From assembly GCA_041658285.1 (NCBI GenBank), contig JBBAAP010000011.1:3308-67307 (forward strand): DNA of 64,000 nucleotides, written 5' to 3'. Positions within the stretch are counted from its first letter, which is position 1, and the number at the start of each line of letters is the position of its first letter. The position numbers and the translations under genes were made by a program. The notes under the pieces were generated by a model. It saw only the letters and a list, made by a program, of their open reading frames with translations, ran no database searches and was not told where the DNA came from. This stretch comes from Candidatus Brocadiia bacterium. GTDB taxonomy: Bacteria; Planctomycetota; MHYJ01; JACQXL01. Shown here piece after piece: positions 38,363-48,333 of the stretch.

Positions 38363-40147
38363 ATGAGAAATTATGCATTGCTTGTACTGGTATTGGCATG
38401 TTTTATTTTTGTGCTGCCTTGGGAACAGAATAGCGAAGCCTGGTGTCCAAACCCGCCCAAGACTATGGGCAGTGAAGCCGCGCCGCCGTCTGTTAACCCA
38501 ACGCCTGTCCTGGTTTCTCGTCCGGCTCTGAGCATAGGTTTGATGCCGCGCATCCAGGCGATGAGAACGCCGGTTGGGCCGACTTTGGACGGTGTGGCTG
38601 AGACTTGGGAGGTTTGGTGGACTCTCAACCGCGATAAATTCTTCAGCTTCAAGCAGCCGATCGAATGGGTCAGCATCAAGAAGACCGACGGCGGTACCAC
38701 CTCAATAACCAAACATCCGATATACGAAGAACTTCTTAAACTCTTAAGGACCGCTTTAACCGAGAAGGATCAGACCGTTGCCTGGAACGCGGCGCTGGCT
38801 TTGGGCCGGAGCGGCGAACCAACGGTTTTGCCGGATTTACAGAAAGCGTTCAAGGAGAATAAGCAGATCCTGGTCAAGGACTACTCCATCCTGGGGCAGG
38901 GCTGGCTTAGAAGCAACGAAGCCCTGGAAATGTTGAAATCAGTCGCGCTCGATAATAAGGAACAGGAAGTCCTGCGCAGTCATGCGGTAGCGGCTTTGGG
39001 ATACCTGTCCGACCCGGCCGTATTCGGGATACTGAAAAGCATTATTGAAGACAAGGAAAACAAGAAATTCACGGACCTGCGAGCCGCTGCGGCGATAGCC
39101 ATGGGTTTTACCAAGGATAAGGACGCGGTAACCACGCTGGCTGGTTTGCTCAATAGCGCCGAGAAGGTGAATCCTAAAATCCGCAGTTATGCGGCTATGG
39201 GCCTGGGCCGAATCGGCAATGAAGGTGCTTTCAATGAACTTAAGAAGGTTATGGCCGATCGTGACAACAGTGTCAGGGTATCCGCAGCCATCGCTTTGGG
39301 TATGATGAGTGTCGGCCCGGTTGGTTCAGCCAATGAGCCGAAAAAGATTCAGGATGAGCTGATCAGCCTTCTGAAAGACAAGCAGGGTATTATCCGCGGT
39401 CTGGCGGCCATATCACTGGCTCAGATCACGGTTAAAAATAAGGAAGTAATGGATACAAAAACCATCGTTCCGGCTCTATCCAAGGCTTTGAAGGATACCA
39501 AAACCGCCGATGGCGACGGCTTGATTGTCCTGGCCATGGGCATCCTCGGTGACGAATCATACAAGGCCGAATTCAAGAGCATAATGGAGGACCGTAAGAA
39601 GCGCCAGCTTCTCAAGGCGGCCGTAGTTATGGCTACTGGCTTGATGAAAGATAAAAGCCAGGCGCCGACCTTTATCGCTATGCTTAAGAAACAGTCCGAT
39701 GACCCAATTATGTCTCCGTATCTGATAATGTCGTTAGGCATGATCGGCGACGAAAAAGCACTCGAAGCCATCGAACCGATTTGGGCCAAGGTCGATAAAA
39801 ATGTCACTTCATTAGCCTATACCAATATGGCTGTGGCCATGTCCATGCTGGGCAAGAGAAGCGAAATCGTTGCTCAATTAATCCAACATACCAAGAGCAA
39901 TAATGATGCGCTTAAGCAGTATGCTTGCCACACGCTGGGTATGCTGGGCGACCGGGATTCGGCCAAGACTTTCGTGGAAAATTACAACAGCGAGAAGAGC
40001 GATACCAATAAAGCGTTTATCATCACCGGTATCGGATTTCTGATGGAAAAGGCGTCTTCACCTATAGTAGCTGAGTGGACAGGTAATAATAACACCGAGA
40101 TCTCGACGTTGATTATCGACCATTTATTGCCATTGCCCACCTGGTAA
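38363..40147 (+). CDS. secreted HEAT/PBS-lyase-type repeat protein (paralog A)
   Basis: 594 aa with signal peptide. Many AALALGRSG / AAMGLGRIG HEAT-like repeats. Shares WEVWWTLNRDKF and C-terminal IDHLLPLPTW with the next gene. Confidence 0.65.
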   Translation: MRNYALLVLVLACFIFVLPWEQNSEAWCPNPPKTMGSEAAPPSVNPTPVLVSRPALSIGLMPRIQAMRTPVGPTLDGVAETWEVWWTLNRDKFFSFKQPIEWVSIKKTDGGTTSITKHPIYEELLKLLRTALTEKDQTVAWNAALALGRSGEPTVLPDLQKAFKENKQILVKDYSILGQGWLRSNEALEMLKSVALDNKEQEVLRSHAVAALGYLSDPAVFGILKSIIEDKENKKFTDLRAAAAIAMGFTKDKDAVTTLAGLLNSAEKVNPKIRSYAAMGLGRIGNEGAFNELKKVMADRDNSVRVSAAIALGMMSVGPVGSANEPKKIQDELISLLKDKQGIIRGLAAISLAQITVKNKEVMDTKTIVPALSKALKDTKTADGDGLIVLAMGILGDESYKAEFKSIMEDRKKRQLLKAAVVMATGLMKDKSQAPTFIAMLKKQSDDPIMSPYLIMSLGMIGDEKALEAIEPIWAKVDKNVTSLAYTNMAVAMSMLGKRSEIVAQLIQHTKSNNDALKQYACHTLGMLGDRDSAKTFVENYNSEKSDTNKAFIITGIGFLMEKASSPIVAEWTGNNNTEISTLIIDHLLPLPTW

Positions 40148-40158
40148 AGGAGGGTCTA

Positions 40159-42042
40159 ATGAAGCGATTTCAAATCCTGGTTAGTGTTGGTGCAATTGTC
40201 CTGGCCATTCTATTCCTGACCGACAGCTTTATCTTCGGCTCCTGCCCGGGTTCGATGTTTTTCCGGCGCTCGCAAGCCAATCCTGAACCGGCCCAACCTA
40301 ATAACGATACTACTGAGACTAAGAAGGAAGAGCCTAAAAAGACGCCCGAGGTGGCCGCCGAGCCCAAGAAGGAAGAGCCTAAACAAGAATCCTCGACTGA
40401 AGCCACGCCGACTGCCATCAGCGCCGTCCGGCCGCCTTTAGGCAGCGGATTACAGCCGCGCATCACCAGCCTGCGCACCTTAGCCAACTCCGATGGCCAG
40501 ATTATGACTCTGGCCGGCATGGTCGAACCCTGGGAGGTATGGTGGACGCTTAACCGCGACAAATTCCTCAACTTCAGACAGCCGATTACGTGGGTTACTG
40601 TCAAGGAGTCGGAGGGCAGCAGGTCAGTCATCATACTGCCCATATACAAGGAACTTTTAGAAATATTAAAATCAGCCCTTAACGAAAGGGATTATACCCT
40701 GGTTTGGAATGCCGCCCTGGCTTTGGGCCGTTGCGGCGACCCCGAGGCGATACCTTTACTTCAGAAGGCGTTTAACGATACCGAGCACCCGCTGGTCAAG
40801 AATTATACACTGGTTAGCCTGGGTTGGATAAGAGACCCGTCTGCGGTGGATTTCCTTGCCGGCAAGCTTACTGACAAGAAAACACAGGAAATCGTCCGGA
40901 GCCACGCCGCGGTCGGCCTGGCCTATATCAACGAGCCGGGTTCGCTCAAGGCTCTGAATGAAACCATCAACGAAAAGGAATACCGCAAACAGGCAGACGT
41001 TGTTTGCGCCGCCGCCTACGCGTTGGGATTGCTTAAGGATAATTCTGCCGTCAAGACTCTGGCTGCTTACCTGAGCGGCGAGCTGAAATCAGATACCCGC
41101 ATCCGTTCCTACGCGGCTTTGGCCCTGGGACACATCGGCTCCAAGGATGCCTTCCAGGAGCTGAAGAAGTCCGCCGGCGATAAGGACAGGGGAGTGCGCA
41201 CATCAGTGGCCATTGCCCTGGGTTTGATGGAAGAACCCAAGGCCAAGGATGAGCTGCTTAATATGCTTCAGGACAAGGACGAGGTCATCCGGGGCATGGC
41301 GGCCCTGGCCCTGGCCGAGTCAACCCTGAAATATCCCGATAAGGCGCACAGCCAGAAGATGGTGTCAGACAACATTCTTAAATGCTTTGGTAATTGCAAG
41401 CGCGATGGACAGGGCTTGACCATAATTGCCCTGGGCATCCTGGGTGAATCTAAGATAAAACCGGAATTGCGCAAAATGCTCGAGGAAAAGCGGAAACCGC
41501 GCGCCGTCAAGGGCGCGGCCATAATGGCTTATGGTCTGCTGAAAGACAAGGAAGCCGTGCCGTTGCTGATGGATCTGCTTAAGACCACACCCGACGACCC
41601 GATACTGGCGCCTTATGCCATACTGGCCCTGGGCATGATCGGCGACGAAAAGGCCGTGGCATCAATCCAACCGCTCTGGGACCGGGTCGACAAAAACGTC
41701 AGCGCTGTGGCCTATTCCAATATGGCCGTATCGCTGTCCATGCTCGGCAAACGCAAGGAAGTGCTGGATCAACTGGTCAAGCATTCGGTCAAAGGGCAGA
41801 GCGACACCTTGAGACAATATTCATTGCATACGCTCGGCCTGCTGGCTGACAAGGAAGCGGCCCAGGCCTTTGTGGAGGCCTATAAAGAAGGCGATACCAA
41901 CGCCAAGGCCAACGCCGTGGTTGGCATCGGACTGCTTATGGAAAAGAACTCCATACCGCTGGTGACCCAATGGCTGGCCGACAATAATACCGACATATTT
42001 ACCTGGATAATCGACCATCTTCTGCCGATTCCGACGTGGTGA
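40159..42042 (+). CDS. secreted HEAT/PBS-lyase-type repeat protein (paralog B) with a Glu/Lys/Pro-rich linker
   Basis: 627 aa. Collinear with paralog A (WEVWWTLNRDKF ... IDHLLPIPTW). Extra KKEEPKK repeat region. Confidence 0.65.
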   Translation: MKRFQILVSVGAIVLAILFLTDSFIFGSCPGSMFFRRSQANPEPAQPNNDTTETKKEEPKKTPEVAAEPKKEEPKQESSTEATPTAISAVRPPLGSGLQPRITSLRTLANSDGQIMTLAGMVEPWEVWWTLNRDKFLNFRQPITWVTVKESEGSRSVIILPIYKELLEILKSALNERDYTLVWNAALALGRCGDPEAIPLLQKAFNDTEHPLVKNYTLVSLGWIRDPSAVDFLAGKLTDKKTQEIVRSHAAVGLAYINEPGSLKALNETINEKEYRKQADVVCAAAYALGLLKDNSAVKTLAAYLSGELKSDTRIRSYAALALGHIGSKDAFQELKKSAGDKDRGVRTSVAIALGLMEEPKAKDELLNMLQDKDEVIRGMAALALAESTLKYPDKAHSQKMVSDNILKCFGNCKRDGQGLTIIALGILGESKIKPELRKMLEEKRKPRAVKGAAIMAYGLLKDKEAVPLLMDLLKTTPDDPILAPYAILALGMIGDEKAVASIQPLWDRVDKNVSAVAYSNMAVSLSMLGKRKEVLDQLVKHSVKGQSDTLRQYSLHTLGLLADKEAAQAFVEAYKEGDTNAKANAVVGIGLLMEKNSIPLVTQWLADNNTDIFTWIIDHLLPIPTW

Positions 42043-42054
42043 TAAGTATTTTTA

Positions 42055-42594
42055 ATGAAATGGTTCCGATATTGGCTGTTCCTGCTTGTCCTGGGACTTT
42101 ACCCGCCTGATGCCTCGGCGCACCACGCCGGGCTTACCGGCATCCAGAAGGAACTAATTGCCGCCAACGCGCATCTGCCGCATACCAGCCTCAACGCTAT
42201 TTATAAGGATTACAGCCTTTTCGTGACTATTCTGGACCGGGCGCCGGATACGGTTGACCTGATGTTATATCTTGAGGACAATCTTAAGCGCCCGATATTC
42301 GGCAAGAGGGCGGTGGTCATCGAGGATGCGGACGGCAAGCCGGTCTTCAGCAGTTTTCTGGAGCCTGACGATACCGGCATCTTTTACCTGCGGTATTCGT
42401 ATGACCGTCCGCTCAAAGGACGGCTCAAGGTGTCTTATGAACCGGTTGGTGGTTCAGGCACTCCGGCCCAATGGCTCCAGACCGATATCCAGCTCGGTTC
42501 GCCGGCGCCGAGCATAACTTTCCTGATAGTGATTGGTCTGGTCTTGCTGGCAACCATAGTGGCAGTTAAGATGAGACGCGGAGAAATAACCTGA
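42055..42594 (+). CDS. small periplasmic protein with a C-terminal TM anchor
   Basis: 179 aa. Signal peptide, mature N-terminus HHAGLTG (possible metal ligand), C-terminal TM ITFLIVIGLVLLATIVAV. Confidence 0.4.
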   Translation: MKWFRYWLFLLVLGLYPPDASAHHAGLTGIQKELIAANAHLPHTSLNAIYKDYSLFVTILDRAPDTVDLMLYLEDNLKRPIFGKRAVVIEDADGKPVFSSFLEPDDTGIFYLRYSYDRPLKGRLKVSYEPVGGSGTPAQWLQTDIQLGSPAPSITFLIVIGLVLLATIVAVKMRRGEIT

Positions 42595-43892
42595 TGAATA
42601 TCTTAGGTAACCGGCTAAAGCGGATGATTATCAGTCCTTATCTGATATTTATCTTCCAGCTTGTCTTTGTTGGATTCCTGCTTCTGATTATCATCAGCGG
42701 ACTGTTCGGCAACGTTTATCGTAACATCAATACCTGGCTGACCGGACTGGGCTGGATGGTCTTCATCACTCTGATGATACTCGTCAGCGGCAAGAGCTGG
42801 TGCCTGGTCTGTCCCTGGAACACTATGGCCCTCTGGCTCCGGCGGCTGAGATTATGGGGAGTCTCGGCCCAGGTCTTTTCGCTCAACCTTAAATGGTTCA
42901 GCCCGCTGCGCAATATCTGGATAGCCTCGATATTGCTCGGCGCCATCATCGGGCTGGAGTATGTCTTCAATATGACCGACAGCCCGCGCCTGACCGCCTA
43001 CATCGCCCTGATAATCCTGATAGCGACCGTTATCTCGGCCTTGCTGTTAGAGCGCCAGTCGTTCTGCCGCTATGTCTGCCCGGTCGGCGCCGTGTCCGGC
43101 GTTTACAGTATGCTGGCTCCGCTGGAACTGCGCAGCGCCGACAAGGATGTTTGCCAAAAATGTGCTACCAAGGACTGCATCAAGGGTAATGCCCGCGGCT
43201 ATGCCTGCCCGGTCTTTGAATATCCGGGCAATATGGATACCAGCCTTTATTGCATCCTCTGCACCGAGTGCATCCGGACCTGTCCCAACAATAATATCGC
43301 CGTCAATGTCCGTTCGCCATTCAGCGAGCTGTCCGGCCTGAGCCGGAACGCGGAATTCCCGCTGGCCCGCAATCGGAGCGAAATATGGATGATTGTCCTG
43401 CTCCTGTCAATGACGCTCTTCGGAGCCGTGTCGCTCAGCCCGCGCTACCAGGCCATCACCGTGCAGATGGGGCAGTGGCTCGGTTTTAACGTGGGCATAT
43501 CGCTGATATTCAGCCTGAGCGTTCTCCTGGGCATCATACTATTTATCATTGCCAACTACGGATTCCGGCGTGGCGTTTACGCCGTCATTCCGTTGACCTT
43601 GTTCTTCCATCTGGCCAATACCATGAAGCTGGTCGACCTTAGGGCATCCGAGATAGTGGCGCTGATATCCGACCCCTTTGGTCTGCGCTGGAACCTCTTC
43701 GGTACGGCCGGGCATCTGCCCGCACCGCTAATGGCGCCGGCCACGCTCTGGTCAATCAACACCGCATTGATAGGGCTGGGCATAGTTGCCACTCTCTGGC
43801 TGGCATTGAGGATGCGCATAAAAGTGCCCGGTATCCTGGTTCTGCTGATATTTGCTTTAATTGCTGGATATTTCCATTGGATTTTACTATGA
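42594..43892 (+). CDS. NapH/NosR/MauN-like polyferredoxin integral membrane protein
   Basis: 432 aa, multi-TM. CLVCPWN and CRYVCPVG (CxxCP motifs in TM regions) plus two ferredoxin-type clusters CQKC...C...CP and CILCTECIRTCP. Confidence 0.65.
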   Translation: MNILGNRLKRMIISPYLIFIFQLVFVGFLLLIIISGLFGNVYRNINTWLTGLGWMVFITLMILVSGKSWCLVCPWNTMALWLRRLRLWGVSAQVFSLNLKWFSPLRNIWIASILLGAIIGLEYVFNMTDSPRLTAYIALIILIATVISALLLERQSFCRYVCPVGAVSGVYSMLAPLELRSADKDVCQKCATKDCIKGNARGYACPVFEYPGNMDTSLYCILCTECIRTCPNNNIAVNVRSPFSELSGLSRNAEFPLARNRSEIWMIVLLLSMTLFGAVSLSPRYQAITVQMGQWLGFNVGISLIFSLSVLLGIILFIIANYGFRRGVYAVIPLTLFFHLANTMKLVDLRASEIVALISDPFGLRWNLFGTAGHLPAPLMAPATLWSINTALIGLGIVATLWLALRMRIKVPGILVLLIFALIAGYFHWILL

Positions 43893-45454
43893 ATAGAAAT
43901 ATGAAGTATAGACTGCTCGGTTTGCTCATGGTCTTGATGCTGCTGGCCGGCGGGCTGGCCCAGGCGCACGACATCTCCGACCGCCAGGTTCAGGGCATCA
44001 CCAACAGCGTCCAGCTCAGCGTCTGGCAGGACCTGATATTCATCGATTATTGGATTGCCATCGGCAACCTAGAGGCCGTCAACTACTTACCCATCATTGA
44101 TGTCGACAAGGATGGCGAGATAACCGATGATGAGAAACTGGCCTATCTCGAAGTCATCCGTCAGAAGGTGGCCAACTCGGCCTTCTCGCTGACCATCGAC
44201 GAGGCGCGTAACCTGCCGTTCAAGCAATGGAAGCCTGGCACCATCACGGTGGACGAAAGCAAAGACGCGGCCGTGCCCATAAAAATCGGGCTGGAGTTCG
44301 TGCTCGATTTCGAGACATTACCCGCTACAGCGGGATGGCGCTCTGCGTTCACAACCCACCCCATAACCAAGGCGCAGGAGCACAACCTGACCTTCTTCAT
44401 CGGCAATGTCATGGACAAGAAGGTGCTTACCAAGGTTTATGTTAACCAGGACGAATGGATTGGCATCAACTGGACGCCCGAAGACTACCGGCACTGCCTG
44501 GGCCTGAGCAGCGGCATCTATCTCAAGCCCTACGAATCCAGCTGGGCCAAGTTCGCATTTTCCCTGCTGGACAAGCCGGCCGGGGCGCCGTCGCCTTTTG
44601 CTTTTAATATGACCCCGGTCAAGCCGTCCAGCCAGCAGAACCTCAAGGTCGAAGGCCTGCTGTCAGGCGACCTGACCTTCCTGATAATCCTGGGCGCGCT
44701 GGCGGCCGCATTCATCTACGGGGCCGGGCACGCCCTGGCGCCCGGACACGGCAAGACCCTGGTGGCCGCCTACCTCATCGGCTCCCGCGGCACGGTCTGG
44801 CAGGCCATACTCCTGGGCCTGATTGTCACCTTTACCCACATATTTACCGTAGTAGTGGCCGGTGTGATTGCCCTGGGCGCATCCAGCTATGTCCATCAGG
44901 CTGCACTGAGCACCTACCTGGGCGTCGTATCCGGCCTGATTATCGTCATCCTGGGCGTGTGGATATTCGTGTCGCGTGCCTTCGGCAAGGGCGATGGGCA
45001 TCATCATGGACATGACCACGAACATGAACACGGTCATGACCATGATAACGAGCATGAGCATACCGAACATTCGCACGAACATAGTTTGCCTCAGCCGATT
45101 ACCGGAGAGAAAATAAAGCTCAAACATCTTATCGGCCTGGGCATCAGCGGTGGGTTGGTTCCTTGCCCGACCGCCATATTCATACTCCTGCTGGCCGTTA
45201 ACTTCAAGAAGACAGTATGGGGACTGGTACTCATCGGCGCCTTCAGCCTGGGCCTGGCCGCGGTGCTGATTGCCATCGGCATCCTGATGGTCACCGGTTC
45301 GTCCCTGGTCAATCGCTTCTCGGCCGGAAGCAAGGTAATCAAGATTCTTGGCATCATCAGCCCGATAATAATTACCGTTATCGGCTTGGCCATCGTTTTC
45401 AAGACCTTTATTGATGCCGGCATAATAATAATCAATCTCCAGGCAATGCCTTAA
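43877..45454 (+). CDS. NicO/RcnA-family nickel/cobalt transporter with an extra ~250-aa N-terminal extracytoplasmic domain and His-rich loop
   Basis: 525 aa. GAGHALAPGHGKT and GGLVPCPTA RcnA signatures. HHHGHDHEHEHGHDHDNEHEHTEHSHEH loop. Start overlaps the previous gene by 16 nt. Confidence 0.65.
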   Translation: MDFTMNRNMKYRLLGLLMVLMLLAGGLAQAHDISDRQVQGITNSVQLSVWQDLIFIDYWIAIGNLEAVNYLPIIDVDKDGEITDDEKLAYLEVIRQKVANSAFSLTIDEARNLPFKQWKPGTITVDESKDAAVPIKIGLEFVLDFETLPATAGWRSAFTTHPITKAQEHNLTFFIGNVMDKKVLTKVYVNQDEWIGINWTPEDYRHCLGLSSGIYLKPYESSWAKFAFSLLDKPAGAPSPFAFNMTPVKPSSQQNLKVEGLLSGDLTFLIILGALAAAFIYGAGHALAPGHGKTLVAAYLIGSRGTVWQAILLGLIVTFTHIFTVVVAGVIALGASSYVHQAALSTYLGVVSGLIIVILGVWIFVSRAFGKGDGHHHGHDHEHEHGHDHDNEHEHTEHSHEHSLPQPITGEKIKLKHLIGLGISGGLVPCPTAIFILLLAVNFKKTVWGLVLIGAFSLGLAAVLIAIGILMVTGSSLVNRFSAGSKVIKILGIISPIIITVIGLAIVFKTFIDAGIIIINLQAMP

Positions 45455-45456
45455 AT

Positions 45457-47601
45457 ATGTTCAAGCTTTCTAAAATCTGCGGTATTCTCTGTGTTCTCTG
45501 TACATTCGCTACGCTCAGTATAAACGTCTCAGTGGCAAATATTTACGCTGATCAGAACACGGACGCCCTGATTCAGAAGCTGTCAGCCAAGGACATCAAA
45601 ACCCGCCAAGAGGCCGTGCAGGAAATAGGCAGGCTTAACAACATCACCGGCGCGCGGCTGCTCCTGACCGCGGCCGACGACCGAGAGCTCCAGCCGGCCA
45701 TCATCCAATCGCTGTCCCTGTTTACCGACACAGCCGTGGTCAGGTTCTTGCAGTCCGAGGCGCTGGTTTTTCCCAACAACAACATCCGCCTGATTGCTGC
45801 CGGCGCTTTGGCCGGGGCCGACCTCAAGGGTGACGAGTATTACCGGCAGGTAATCATCCCGCTGTTCAAGTCATTGACCGATTCCTTCGTCGAGGTGCGC
45901 CTGGCCGTGCTTGAAGCCGTCAGCAACTATATTTCGCCCCGGCACACACCCCAGCGGATAGATAAGGACAACGGCATCTTTCCTATGCTGTTCCGGGCGC
46001 TGGATGATTCGGACTATCCCCAGGTGCGCGAGGGGGCTGTCTATGTCTTAATCAGGTTCATCGCCAACCAGGATATACTCAACCGGTTGCTGGAACGTTA
46101 CCGGTTCGAGGACAACCTGACCGTGCTATGGACCATCGAAGAACTGCTGGTCGAGAAATCCGGCCCGCAGACGCTTGAATACCTGGCCGATGCCGGGTTA
46201 AGCCATAACTCCATGCTCATCCGGGCGCTGTCCGCCAGGATTCTGGGCCGGCTCCGGGCTGATAAATACCTGGAACGGCTCCAGCCCGATTCGTCCGACA
46301 GCCGCGACGTTATTGCCGACAAGGCCTGGGCGCGGACCCAGATAAAACCGGCCACCAGCTGGCTCGCAATATCCGGCACGGCATTCACCTATGCTAAACT
46401 GCCGCCCATCCTGGGGTTGCGGATGAACGAGGCCAAGGAAAAGGCCTTGCGCGCCCGCGGCGCCTTGCTCCAGACCGAGCAGGCCGTGGCCAAGGGGCTC
46501 GACTGGTTGGTCCGGAACCAGGAAGACAACGGCTCCTGGAGCTGTGCCCGTCATAACCCCAGCCACGGCAACCTGTCACTGCCCGGGTTTACCTTTGACG
46601 AGGACGAACTGCTCGACCCGTCCGTGACCGGACTGGCTCTGTTGGCATTAATGGCATCGGGTAATACTCACCGCTACGGCCCGCATCACGATGCCGTGGA
46701 AAAGGGTATGAACTACCTGATTTACTGCCAGGACAAGGCCGGATGCATCAACCTGGCCAAGGACCACGTCCACGACAAACGCTGTCTTCGGAGCGGCGAT
46801 GACCACGGCGTGCTGGTCCGGCGTTACAACCACAACATCGGCACCATGGCGCTGGTGGAATTATACGCCATGACCGGTGACTCGGCGTTGAAACCCTACG
46901 CCCAGCAGGCGCTCGACCACTCGAGAGAATATGTCCTGCCCGAGTTCGGCTGGTCGTTCTACCTGGAGCCGACCGACATCGGCCCGAGCATATTTTATAT
47001 CTTCGCCCTGAGGATGGCCGGTGAAACCGACCTGATGGTCTCGCCGGACGACCTGACACGGGCTAAAAAATATATCAAGACCCTGACCGACCCGAAGACC
47101 GGCCGGATTCTGCATATCTGTCCCATACCGGTCTGCTACGGCGGGTTCGACAGCACCGCTAGCGGCATCGTCGCCCGGTTTTTGATATCGCCTTATGACC
47201 AAACCGAGCTTAAGGATGTCCAGTCAAAGGCGCGCGAATTCCTTAAAGGCCATCCGCCGGTCTGGCGGCCGATGTACCAACTGCCGTCCGATATGTGGGC
47301 CAGCCAGTTCATCCGGGGCGATATTCTCAACGAGTGGTACTGGTATTACGCCACGCTGGGGTTGCTGGCGATGACTTGTAGTGAGAGTAGCGAATCTAAC
47401 GGACCCGAATGGCAGTCCTGGAACCGGACGATGCAGTCGTTGTTATTGAAGCACCAGCGGCAGGGCGGCGACTGGGACGGCTCCTGGGACCCGGACGGGC
47501 CCTGGGCCAACGTCGGCGGACGGGTCTATTCCACCGCCTTTGCGGTGATGACATTACAGGCGTATTATAGCTATGATTTAGTGCCAGTGCGAACGAAGTG
47601 A
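45457..47601 (+). CDS. secreted HEAT-repeat protein with a C-terminal alpha/alpha-toroid (prenyltransferase / terpene-cyclase-like QW-motif) domain
   Basis: 714 aa with signal peptide. AKGLDWLVRNQEDNGSWS (QW motif) and HQRQGGDWDGSWDP...GGRVYSTAFAVMTL. Confidence 0.55.
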   Translation: MFKLSKICGILCVLCTFATLSINVSVANIYADQNTDALIQKLSAKDIKTRQEAVQEIGRLNNITGARLLLTAADDRELQPAIIQSLSLFTDTAVVRFLQSEALVFPNNNIRLIAAGALAGADLKGDEYYRQVIIPLFKSLTDSFVEVRLAVLEAVSNYISPRHTPQRIDKDNGIFPMLFRALDDSDYPQVREGAVYVLIRFIANQDILNRLLERYRFEDNLTVLWTIEELLVEKSGPQTLEYLADAGLSHNSMLIRALSARILGRLRADKYLERLQPDSSDSRDVIADKAWARTQIKPATSWLAISGTAFTYAKLPPILGLRMNEAKEKALRARGALLQTEQAVAKGLDWLVRNQEDNGSWSCARHNPSHGNLSLPGFTFDEDELLDPSVTGLALLALMASGNTHRYGPHHDAVEKGMNYLIYCQDKAGCINLAKDHVHDKRCLRSGDDHGVLVRRYNHNIGTMALVELYAMTGDSALKPYAQQALDHSREYVLPEFGWSFYLEPTDIGPSIFYIFALRMAGETDLMVSPDDLTRAKKYIKTLTDPKTGRILHICPIPVCYGGFDSTASGIVARFLISPYDQTELKDVQSKAREFLKGHPPVWRPMYQLPSDMWASQFIRGDILNEWYWYYATLGLLAMTCSESSESNGPEWQSWNRTMQSLLLKHQRQGGDWDGSWDPDGPWANVGGRVYSTAFAVMTLQAYYSYDLVPVRTK

Positions 47602-47661
47602 GCTTACTGGGACTTATCCCCGAAGCCGTTAGGCGGAGTGGGATAATTTTAACCGCTGATT

Positions 47662-48141
47662 ATGCGTATTAATGCGGATAATATGAAGATAGTTAATATT
47701 ATAATTATCGTCGCGATAGGGGTGATGATGTCTTCGTGCCGGAAGGTGGATGATGTTCCGGTGGCGGGCTATATCACCAACCAGCCGGGCCTATCGGCCT
47801 ACAGCGACCCGTCCGGGCTGACCGAAGAGTACCGGCTCTGGCTTGACTCCGCGCCTTTGATAAACTATTCAGAAAATCTTAAATATGGCATCGTGGTCAT
47901 CAACGGGTTCCTGGCCCAGGGCGATGATGCGGTTATGACCAAGAAACTGTCCATTACGGTCAATCTGGCGGATATCAGGGATGACGGCGTCAAGAAGGTC
48001 GAACTGATGTCCGGGTATAAGTTGAAAGGCGTCCGGCACCGGCTCTCGGTGACTTTAAGCTTTATGGATTACAGCACCATCACGCCCGCCGGCGCTCCCG
48101 GCGCTACCAAGGATATAACTCTGCCGGTGTATGTATACTAA
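47662..48141 (+). CDS. hypothetical lipoprotein
   Basis: 159 aa with lipobox MMSSC. Confidence 0.4.
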   Translation: MRINADNMKIVNIIIIVAIGVMMSSCRKVDDVPVAGYITNQPGLSAYSDPSGLTEEYRLWLDSAPLINYSENLKYGIVVINGFLAQGDDAVMTKKLSITVNLADIRDDGVKKVELMSGYKLKGVRHRLSVTLSFMDYSTITPAGAPGATKDITLPVYVY

Positions 48142-48297
48142 ACATAGCAGCTTGCTTAAGAAAACAGTGCCTTGGAACCCGCTCAAATAAAGGGAAAGAA
48201 AATGTGGTGTCCTTATCCCTAAAGGGAGGCTTACGCTCCAGGAGGCCGGTAGGCTCTGTTTCCAGCCCCAACGATTATTTTTAAAGCAATAATTTTC

Positions 48298-48333
48298 TTG
48301 ACTTATTTAGTATTTTAGTGGATACTAAAATAC
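48298..48333 (+). promoter_or_regulatory. promoter-like TTGACT-17-GATACT overlapping a perfect 10-4-10 inverted repeat (GTATTTTAGT-ggat-ACTAAAATAC) that abuts the ATG
   Basis: Palindrome at 48310-48333 ends 1 nt before the start codon at 48334. Candidate ArsR-type operator, possibly on a leaderless transcript. Confidence 0.45.

Noticed and set aside
46198-47202. Cluster of 60-120-aa minus-strand ORFs (46198-46566, 46748-47059, 46861-47202) within the 714-aa gene
   Set aside because: They are Arg/Gly/Pro-rich antisense translations typical of GC-rich coding DNA. The sense frame has a signal peptide, HEAT repeats and QW motifs.
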